Below, piece by piece: positions 54,601 to 61,170 of a DNA stretch of 64,000 nt. The position numbers and the translations under genes are program-made. Numbering within the stretch: position 1 is the stretch's first letter; each line of letters starts with the position of its first letter. The notes beneath the pieces were generated by a model that saw only the letters and a program-made list of their open reading frames with translations, was not told where the DNA came from and made no database searches. Origin of the DNA: an uncultured Bacteroidales bacterium (GTDB taxonomy: Bacteria > Bacteroidota > Bacteroidia > Bacteroidales > Paludibacteraceae); contig CALGHE010000133.1 of the NCBI GenBank assembly GCA_937915765.1, forward strand, positions 8,387-72,386. Reading direction: 5' to 3'.

Positions 54601-56399
54601 TTAGAATTTATAACTCTATTATTGAGTGTGCCGGACGTGCGGATGTGTATGAGAACAATTATCCTAAAGTGTCAACTTTTGTGGACGATGACCAGAAAGA
54701 CCTTGAAAAGAATGACAAGCCGTTCCTTGCTAATTTCAGAGGCGGAATAGGAGGAAAGCTTCAGAGCAAAGGCGGTTTGACTCAAGTGCTTGTTCCGGCT
54801 AACTTGCTTGAGATTGTTTCGCAGGCAGGGGCTCCTCATAAGCTTACCCCGACAGACCAGCGCGGTTTTCCTCGCAACGAGATGGCAAGCACTTACGGAG
54901 CGTATGATCTGGACCACTCGGCGTTCATCAGACTTACTTACGAGGCTTGTCCTGACTACAAGAATACAGAAGGGTCGTTCGTGGCTTCTGTTGTCGGACT
55001 GAGAAATCCAAAATATCAGTGGGTGAATAACTACTCTAACGTGGAAGGCGCCACAACTAAGGATGTTGAGAAACTCGGAATAGGAACATATTGGCTGGAG
55101 GCGACTGGCGAGGATGCAAGTGGGCGTGTGATCACTATCTCTTCTAACGAAATACGAATTTCTGATATTTGCGAGGAACCGGGCGTGTTTTTTGTCAAGA
55201 CTCCTCTGAAGGGGGGTAATGACTTGTATGCGGGTACGACTTGGAACCAGGCTTATGCAACTGTGGACAAGGCGATAGAGGCTGCCATGGAGTATAAGAA
55301 GCGCGAAGGCGAGTCTAAGCCGGTGAGCATACATGTGGCAGAGGGCGTTTATTCTCCGTCGGACGACAAGGGATTTGCTTTCCAGAAGAGCGGATTGCCG
55401 GTCTCTAATATTGTTGTCTATGGCGGATACCCGGCTAATGCGTCGAACAACTCTGTGCGGATGCCTAAGAAGGTTGGGGCTGAAGAGGGCTATTCGACAG
55501 TATTCACTGCTGCGTCGCCAAAGGGAAAGATCTTCTCTTCAAACTCAAAGACGAAGGGCTTGACTTTTGTAGGGATACAGTTTGCAGGGACAGACAGCGT
55601 GCCGTCTTCCACTTCTGCAATATCTATAGACGGAGGTGCTGTCACAATGGACTCTTGCGAGTTCCGAAACTTCAGAGCTGGCAAAAAGTCTGATGTGAAT
55701 CCGTTGATTTCTGTGACTAAGACCTCTGAGCTTACGTTGCGAAATTGTGTGGTGAGAGACAATTCTGCATGGATGTCGGCAGGTGTTTATATGAAGAACA
55801 AAGGCAATAAGTCTGTGGTGAAACTTGTCAATGTGACATTTATGAACAATGTGTCGGAAGGAGATGGCGGCGCTGCAATTTATGTTGACGGAGCTTCTGC
55901 AGACATAAGGATGTACAACTCCACGATGTACGGAAATGCGTGCGTTTCTGGAGAAAATGATGCGGCGGGAACTGTCAGACTGAAAGGCGGAGAGTCGAGC
56001 CTGAAAGTATATAACTCCACGCTTATGGGAACTTACTACCGCGAGTCCGGCTCTCTGAAGTTCTATCACTCTATGGTAGAGGCTGTGGGCGGTTATTATG
56101 TAAACGCTAACAGTTACGTGGCTTATCCTCGTCTGGAAAAGCTTGCGGACAAGATGCCGGAAGACCAGAAGAGGGCGTTCCGGAGCAATTTTGAAGACTC
56201 GCTGTCTTACGGAGGTTTCACGCCTGTCTTGAAGCCGCTGAAGAGAGATGGCTCTACGTTCTTCAGCCGTGTGAGTTCGCTTGTCTCTATAGATGGTGTG
56301 GACTTGTCTAAAGACCAGAGAGGCGAAGCGCGTCCGCCGCTGTCAATCTTGGGAGCTTGCGAGTTTGATGCCGAGAAAGAGGGAGCCGTCGGCTTTTGA
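51684..56399 (+). CDS. Large (1571 aa) exported protein: N-terminal Ig-like modules plus two tandem right-handed beta-helix modules (choice-of-anchor-Q / pectin-lyase-fold-like)
   Basis: The N-terminus has a signal-like hydrophobic segment LLSVLLMALSFSAVGA. There are two homologous modules of about 400 aa. The first starts VFYVKPTGNDYNDGLSWGTAFQTLKHAIE and ends DQRGFPR..YGAYDL. The second starts VFFVKTPLKGGNDLYAGTTWNQAYATVDKAIE and ends DQRGEARPP..LGACEFD. I recognise no T9SS C-terminal domain. Confidence 0.85.
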   Translation: MKKMCNIFQTLTGCLKGISFVRRSLLSVLLMALSFSAVGADFYGLFPDPLVNVAFSQMKGDEDGSRIVEWSLEDCLPLTKIVLKRSDYKLSVNDQKHKDLTHVISIPCVTPHKVFTLNKPTSFKEMGFLFEKDLKGKKASLTFKRNGKPDSLFIGVEPVLGQVKFAPPTIKLRSGNDIFFCRGELHSFVASVPEGFRSDEVKYNWYVDGEKMTGRHDRWFDTYSRTNWADGEHYVQCEVYLDGEAPSPKGTFNVVQLPGANCEFSVKAIPYWGAECEDDTSGADLRYNYKSEWGSFVITPMEEYVHFYLEVINRKVSSFTVTNDEAIPNFKLINKSEADQDFMFFSLPVNMKAQAKEPYTTHKVYFRFEGDNINYSMTPYAFPEVTASPDTVEICENSFIMGEPVTLNAEQVGLAKDTYGFQWYYSTEINGKYEPVENATSKVFTPYRVGYYKAEVSDGVFSAMSAPVVVKRKTDHCVSVEIIGERGIDYVCAKSKLYLHSSISGSNYTYQWKVGKLDGSELKNINGATNAEYVAAANKKGEAYFLEVKYAGQVVLSKPFVVREIAKLPASKNLEITALPLSVCQGRSANIFANLELKEKERRESKSKSQFIYELYRKGFVGNELVKSELSNKTSLHTTQLINESATYYVDLVGCDGRLRSKSEVTINVVNDDRCSSSVFYVKPTGNDYNDGLSWGTAFQTLKHAIEVAFEIRNSDLYKSQPIEIHLAAGTYASSNGYDFPDNTTIYGGYDEEPVDGTLSATLRNPKSPANIEGKLTTLTAESTFSRIVKLTDRKDVKFVGICFNGEAISNESWLNGRAIYADGSSVTLDSCWVTNFYMSVNQGNPITAVSMLKRRAERTDFRPTLIVRNTTFSANKGGDIGSCIGLLSDCDVEIANSVFNNNTTKYSGGVALLSFNASPKVNVLNSTFYDNTCQNGIGYYGRTVIRMVGGNPELNIYSSTVCGRFYKEDGKLRIYNSIIECAGRADVYENNYPKVSTFVDDDQKDLEKNDKPFLANFRGGIGGKLQSKGGLTQVLVPANLLEIVSQAGAPHKLTPTDQRGFPRNEMASTYGAYDLDHSAFIRLTYEACPDYKNTEGSFVASVVGLRNPKYQWVNNYSNVEGATTKDVEKLGIGTYWLEATGEDASGRVITISSNEIRISDICEEPGVFFVKTPLKGGNDLYAGTTWNQAYATVDKAIEAAMEYKKREGESKPVSIHVAEGVYSPSDDKGFAFQKSGLPVSNIVVYGGYPANASNNSVRMPKKVGAEEGYSTVFTAASPKGKIFSSNSKTKGLTFVGIQFAGTDSVPSSTSAISIDGGAVTMDSCEFRNFRAGKKSDVNPLISVTKTSELTLRNCVVRDNSAWMSAGVYMKNKGNKSVVKLVNVTFMNNVSEGDGGAAIYVDGASADIRMYNSTMYGNACVSGENDAAGTVRLKGGESSLKVYNSTLMGTYYRESGSLKFYHSMVEAVGGYYVNANSYVAYPRLEKLADKMPEDQKRAFRSNFEDSLSYGGFTPVLKPLKRDGSTFFSRVSSLVSIDGVDLSKDQRGEARPPLSILGACEFDAEKEGAVGF

Positions 56400-56539
56400 T
56401 TCTGATTTCTGATTTCCGTTTTTTGAATTCAAAGTCAGATAAGGAAGGACGCAGGGCGATTTGGAGGCTCCGAACGCTTTTAATGTATTAATTTTTAGCA
56501 AAAAAGGCGATATGATTTTTTTTTATAGATAAAAACATC

Positions 56540-56547
56540 TATATTTG
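56540..56547 (+). promoter_or_regulatory. Bacteroidota -7 box candidate promoter for the HU gene
   Basis: TATATTTG lies 81 nt upstream of the ATG at 56628. Confidence 0.45.
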
Positions 56548-56627
56548 CAAACCGAAAGCGAGAAGGCGCGATTAGGCGTTGTGAAAGAGGTTGTATAATA
56601 TAGTAACAAATATAAAATTTAAAAGAG

Positions 56628-56903
56628 ATGACAAAAGCGGATATCGTAAACGAGATTGCAAAATCAACGGGTATCGATAAACTTGATGTTCTGAAGACTG
56701 TCGAAGCTTTTATGGAGGAGGTGAAGAAGTCTTTGATAAAAGAGGAGAATGTGTATTTGAGGGGATTCGGTTCTTTCATCATAAAGAAGAGAGCAGAGAA
56801 GACAGCGAGAAACATTTCTCAAGGCACGCAGATAACAATCCCGGCTCACAACATTCCAGCATTTAAGCCAGCAAAAACATTCGTAATGGATGTTAAAAAA
56901 TAA
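56628..56903 (+). CDS. hup: HU-family DNA-binding protein
   Basis: The sequence MTKADIVNEIAKSTG..VYLRGFGSF..KKRAEKTARNI..G..I.IPA...P.FKP is the classic HU/IHF fold signature. The protein is 91 aa. Confidence 0.93.
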   Translation: MTKADIVNEIAKSTGIDKLDVLKTVEAFMEEVKKSLIKEENVYLRGFGSFIIKKRAEKTARNISQGTQITIPAHNIPAFKPAKTFVMDVKK

Positions 56904-56934
56904 AATGATTTAAAAACTTAAAAACTTTAAGAAA

Positions 56935-57024
56935 ATGCCAAGCGGAAAGAAAAGAAAGAGACATAAAATGGCTACTCACAAACGCAAAAAGAGACTAAAG
57001 AAAAATCGTCATAAAAAGAAATAA
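56935..57024 (+). CDS. Unlisted 29-aa ultra-basic peptide (bS22 / AURKAIP1-COX24-type small ribosomal protein suspected)
   Basis: Hand translation gives ATG CCA AGC GGA AAG AAA AGA AAG AGA CAT AAA ATG GCT ACT CAC AAA CGC AAA AAG AGA CTA AAG AAA AAT CGT CAT AAA AAG AAA TAA, i.e. MPSGKKRKRHKMATHKRKKRLKKNRHKKK. The ORF is below the 60-aa cutoff of the ORF track. It has an A-rich upstream region and sits between hup and rng. Confidence 0.5.
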   Translation: MPSGKKRKRHKMATHKRKKRLKKNRHKKK

Positions 57025-57114
57025 TTTTTGCGTGATTTTATGTTGATTAACGAGACATTGAACAAACTTAATCTTACTTTAAGTTTGTTCTTTGTTTTAT
57101 AAAAAAAAGACAAA

Positions 57115-58707
57115 GTGAACAACGAATTAGTAATTGATGTCCAGTCTTCGGAAGTGGCTATCGCGCTGCTTGAAGAGGGTAAACTTGTGGAGATTCACAG
57201 GGAGAACCGCGTCGCGTCTTTTTCTGTCGGCGACATTTACCTTGCTAAGGTGCGGAAAATCATGCCAGGACTTAATGCTGTGTTCGTTGATGTAGGTTAC
57301 GACAAAGGTGCGTTCCTTCATTATCAGGACTTAGGTCCGCAGTTCAGCTCACTTGTCGCTTTCACAAAAAATGTTTTGCGAGACGGCAAACGCGCTCAGC
57401 CGCTGCATAAAATGCAGCTTCATAAAGACATCAGCAAAACCGGAATGATTTCGGATGTGCTTGCGCAAGGGCAGGAAATTATGGTGCAGATTGCTAAAGA
57501 GCCAATCTCCACAAAAGGCCCGAGACTAACTTCCGAGATATCGCTTGCTGGACGGTTTCTCGTTTTGATGCCTTTTGCTGAAAAAGTTTACGTGTCACAG
57601 AAGATCAAGTCTTCTGAAGAGCGTAATCGTATCAAGCAGCTGATGCGCAGCATAAAGCCTAAAAACTTCGGCGTGATTGTGCGCACTGTGGCGGAAGGCA
57701 AGAAGGTGGCGGAACTGGATGCGGAGCTGAAGACGCTGCTTAAGCGTTGGGACGAGGCGGTCGCCAAAATGGCGAGACCGCAGCAGAAGTTGCCGGCGTT
57801 GCTGCTTGAAGAGATGGGCAGAACTGTAAGCCTCTTGAGGGATATATTCAATCCGTCTTTTGAAAATATTTATGTGAACAACCGTTTCGCTTACGGCGAA
57901 ATATGTGATTACGTGGATGCTATTGCTCCGGAATGCAGCGGGCGGGTTAAAATGTATTCGGGAGACCTCCCTATATTTGACCATTTCGGAATTTCTAAGC
58001 AGGTGAAGTCGGGCTTCGGCAGGACTGTGTCCTTCAAGAACGGAGCGTACCTAATTATCGAGCATACAGAGGCGATGCACGTTATTGACGTTAACAGCGG
58101 AAACAAGTCCAAGGGTATTACAGACCAGGAGACAAATGCGGTTGACGTGAACTTGGCTGCGGCAGACGAAATCGCAAGACAGTTGAGGCTGCGCGATATG
58201 GGCGGAATCATCGTTATTGACTTCATTGATATGCAGAAGTCGGAGAACCGCCAGCGTCTGTTTGACAGAATGAAGGAGAATATGGCTCACGACAGGGCCA
58301 GACACAACATTCTCCAGCTTAGCAAGTTTGGCTTGATGCAGATTACCCGGCAGCGAGTGAGGCCGGAGATGCATGTTAGCACCGAAGAGGTGTGTCCTAC
58401 TTGCTTAGGGAAAGGCTTTTCCCAACCATCAATCTTATTTGTCGATAAACTGGAAGACAAAATAGATTATCTTGTCAATGAATTGAACGTAAAGAACTTC
58501 AAGCTGTTTGTGCACCCGTATGTAGAGGCGTACATCACGAAGGGTTTCCCTTTCTGTTCCATCAAGTGGAAATGGAGGCGGAAATACGGCAAGTTCAAGA
58601 TTGTGCCATCCCAGAGCATTGCTTATTTGCAGTATCTTGTTTTGGACAAGGACGGTCATGAAATAGACCTTCGCGAAGACTTGGAGGCAGTAAACGCAAA
58701 AAAATGA
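57115..58707 (+). CDS. rng: Ribonuclease E/G family protein (RNase G-like)
   Basis: The N-terminal region is S1-like (GDIYLAKVRKIMPGLNAVFVDVGYDKGAFLH). The catalytic region has HVIDVNSG, and GGIIVIDFIDM is also present. The start is GTG and the protein is 530 aa. Confidence 0.9.
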   Translation: MNNELVIDVQSSEVAIALLEEGKLVEIHRENRVASFSVGDIYLAKVRKIMPGLNAVFVDVGYDKGAFLHYQDLGPQFSSLVAFTKNVLRDGKRAQPLHKMQLHKDISKTGMISDVLAQGQEIMVQIAKEPISTKGPRLTSEISLAGRFLVLMPFAEKVYVSQKIKSSEERNRIKQLMRSIKPKNFGVIVRTVAEGKKVAELDAELKTLLKRWDEAVAKMARPQQKLPALLLEEMGRTVSLLRDIFNPSFENIYVNNRFAYGEICDYVDAIAPECSGRVKMYSGDLPIFDHFGISKQVKSGFGRTVSFKNGAYLIIEHTEAMHVIDVNSGNKSKGITDQETNAVDVNLAAADEIARQLRLRDMGGIIVIDFIDMQKSENRQRLFDRMKENMAHDRARHNILQLSKFGLMQITRQRVRPEMHVSTEEVCPTCLGKGFSQPSILFVDKLEDKIDYLVNELNVKNFKLFVHPYVEAYITKGFPFCSIKWKWRRKYGKFKIVPSQSIAYLQYLVLDKDGHEIDLREDLEAVNAKK

Positions 58708-58724
58708 CAAGCTTAAGAAGCAAT

Positions 58725-58765
58725 AAAGCGGAGCAGCTCAAAAAGAGCGCTCCGCTTTAGTTTTT
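58725..58765 (+). terminator. Rho-independent terminator after rng
   Basis: aaagcggagc (58725-58734) pairs with gctccgcttt (58749-58758), followed by agttttt. Confidence 0.75.
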
Positions 58766-59062
58766 GGGGAGGGGAGAGATCGGAATGTATTGCTGTCCGG
58801 TAAAATGACTATCTTCGCCTATGGTTGTTTATTTTAACGTGAGTTTGACGAATTGTAATTATAAAGAAAGACAAACTATTATCAATTATACGCGCGACGT
58901 GAATGCATAGTTTCTTATGAAGGAAGCAGAGAGATTTCAGCCGCATTCATTCTGCTGTCCGGTGATATCTCCTTTTTGACGGATTGGACAGATTGACAGA
59001 ATATTTCTGCTTTGTTTTGTTAAAAAGTTTGCAGTATTCGTCTGTCAAACGAAAAAAATCTA

Positions 59063-59070
59063 TAACTTTG
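59063..59070 (+). promoter_or_regulatory. Bacteroidota -7 box candidate promoter for the AT-rich three-gene operon
   Basis: TAACTTTG lies 160 nt upstream of the ATG at 59230. The distance is long, so confidence is low. Confidence 0.3.
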
Positions 59071-59229
59071 TCTATGGTAATCTTGCGTTGTTTTTTTGTT
59101 TTCTTTTTTTTACTGTGAAATCACGAAAAAATAATGCTAATAAGTAATCAGTAGGTTAAATTTATCTAACTCATGTTAGTTTAAATAAATTAGGGTGTGT
59201 TACAATCACTGAAAGAATAATTTTCTATT

Positions 59230-60300
59230 ATGCAAATACCTCAATCCCAGATATTGACAACTCGTCACCTTAACAGGGTGTTTGATAAAACTGTGGCCAC
59301 CTATAAATTTTATTGGTTTCTTGGTATTCTAGACTTGTTTGTGAAGCAAGGAAAGACTAGGATTAATGTATGGGAAATAATGATTACGATGGTTGCTAAT
59401 GCTTGGTATCCAGTTAACTATTTCCGTCTTTCATTTGGCAAGTCCGAATCGTTATATGACGCTATTCTTGCTTTACAACGTGAGAATAATATTCCAATTA
59501 ATATTGGAATGAAGGATTTAACTATATTGCTTCAAGCATTGATCCAACGACCGGAGATACGAAAACAACTGAATTTCCTTCAAATGAATGTACCTTTCCG
59601 TTTTCTTCGTCCTTGGATAGATACTTCTGATGACCGTGAAATGGTAAAACGTTCACAAACATTCGAAAATGGATGTTTGTATAAACTCGAGAAAGAGAAT
59701 GGATCTTTGTGGGTAGAACTGAATCCTATTTGGTTGATATATTTGAAAGAGAATTATGATATATTAAGCTCATTTGCATATTGGGGGTTGACAAACTTCT
59801 TGCAAGTCCGCAACCCTAATGTTCCTAATATTCCAAGTAAACTAATAAAGAAAGAGGAACGAAATTCTTTAACATCCCAACGTAGATTTTGGAATACAGC
59901 AATAACCGGAGGAATGGAAGTAAGGTGCCTATATACTGGTAATTTGTTGATAGAATGTGAGTACGACCTTGACCATTTTATCCCTTGGAGTTTTGTCTCT
60001 CATGATTTATTGTGGAATTTAATGCCCGCAGATTCAAGTATTAATAGTTCAAAAAGTAATAAATTACCAGACTTGGATTTATATCTGCCCAAATTAGCAG
60101 AAGCCCATCAAGTAGCATTGCGCATTTATATAGGAAAGGGGAAACAAGATAAAATATTGGAAGATTATTTGTCTCTTGGCCATACCCCACAAGATATAGC
60201 TATGATGGATAGAGAACACTTGCTTGACTGCTTTTTCCAAACATTTGCTCCAATGAACCAGATTGCTCTTAATATGGGATTTGAATCATGGAAATATTGA
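59230..60300 (+). CDS. HNH (His-Me finger) endonuclease with an uncharacterised ~220-aa N-terminal domain
   Basis: The HNH core is C..EYDLDH(249)FIPWSFVSHDLLWNLMPADSSINSSKSNKLP, i.e. DH...N...N. I do not recognise the N-terminal region (..ATYKFYWFLGILDLF..). The 3' end overlaps the next ATG by 13 nt. Confidence 0.8.
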   Translation: MQIPQSQILTTRHLNRVFDKTVATYKFYWFLGILDLFVKQGKTRINVWEIMITMVANAWYPVNYFRLSFGKSESLYDAILALQRENNIPINIGMKDLTILLQALIQRPEIRKQLNFLQMNVPFRFLRPWIDTSDDREMVKRSQTFENGCLYKLEKENGSLWVELNPIWLIYLKENYDILSSFAYWGLTNFLQVRNPNVPNIPSKLIKKEERNSLTSQRRFWNTAITGGMEVRCLYTGNLLIECEYDLDHFIPWSFVSHDLLWNLMPADSSINSSKSNKLPDLDLYLPKLAEAHQVALRIYIGKGKQDKILEDYLSLGHTPQDIAMMDREHLLDCFFQTFAPMNQIALNMGFESWKY

Positions 60301-61169
60301 ATTCTATGCAAACCGAAAAAATAAACCATCCATACCTCACGGCTATCAAGCGTACAGATTTGTCTGTGCCTACTCGTTATCTACTCCAACGTGATTTGTT
60401 GAAAGGAAAAATCCTAGACTTTGGTTGCGGTTTTGGATATGATACGGATGAATTGCAAAGGAGGGGATATGATATTACTGGTTATGATTATTATTATCGC
60501 CCTGACTATCCTGATGGTAAATTTGATACAATTATCTGCAACTATGTGTTGAATGTGCTTGAACCTTACGCACAAGCAGAGGTTATGATGAATGTTACAA
60601 ATTTGCTGTCTCCAAAGGGTTCTGCTTTCTTTGCGGTTAGAAGAGATTTGAAAGAAGAGGGTTTTCGGCTTCATGCAATTCATAAGCAATATACTTATCA
60701 ATGCAATGTTAAGTTGCCTTTTCAAAGCCTTGTCCATAATAATAGCTACGAATTGTATCAATACAATCATTTTAATAAACTTCCGCGGAAAGAAGGCGAA
60801 AAATGTCCATTCTGTAAATTATCTCGAAGAGTGGAAGTCATTTGTGAAACGGCAACTTGTGTTGCTTTCTATGATGGTTATCCAGTTTCGCCTGGTCATG
60901 CATTGATTATTCCAAAGCGTCATGTGGCTAATTATTTTGACCTAACTAATCATGAACGTGAAGCAATGAATATAATGCTTCAATATGTTAAACGAAAGAT
61001 AGATGAGCGTTTCCATCCTGATGGTTATAATATTGGAATTAATGTGAATGAAGCTGCAGGCCAATCAGTATTTCATGTTCATATGCATTTGATACCACGT
61101 TATAAAGGAGATGTGGATAATCCTAAAGGTGGTGTGCGGGGTGTGATTCCAAGTAAACAAAAATATTAG
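60288..61169 (+). CDS. Fusion protein: class I SAM-dependent methyltransferase (N-terminal) :: HIT-family histidine-triad nucleotide hydrolase/transferase (C-terminal)
   Basis: MTase motif I is ILDFG(46)CGFGYD, with an acidic residue after beta-2 (ITGYD) and IICNYVLNVLEP. The HIT domain runs CPFCK..AFYDGYPVSPGHALIIPKRH..NIGINVNEAAGQSVFH(263)VH(265)MH(267)LIPR. An alternative start at 60306 is possible. Confidence 0.8.
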   Translation: MEILNSMQTEKINHPYLTAIKRTDLSVPTRYLLQRDLLKGKILDFGCGFGYDTDELQRRGYDITGYDYYYRPDYPDGKFDTIICNYVLNVLEPYAQAEVMMNVTNLLSPKGSAFFAVRRDLKEEGFRLHAIHKQYTYQCNVKLPFQSLVHNNSYELYQYNHFNKLPRKEGEKCPFCKLSRRVEVICETATCVAFYDGYPVSPGHALIIPKRHVANYFDLTNHEREAMNIMLQYVKRKIDERFHPDGYNIGINVNEAAGQSVFHVHMHLIPRYKGDVDNPKGGVRGVIPSKQKY

Positions 61170-61170
61170 C

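Noticed and set aside
56495-56849. Minus-strand ORFs of 106 aa and 61 aa overlapping the HU gene and its leader.
   Set aside because: HU on the plus strand is unambiguous. The antisense products are Phe/Ile/Ser-rich with no features.
58793-58962. A 10-bp direct repeat gctgtccggt (near 58793 and 58953), considered as possible target-site duplication or att sites of the island.
   Set aside because: Both copies lie on the same (left) side of the operon. No copy is present on the right flank, so they cannot delimit the insertion.
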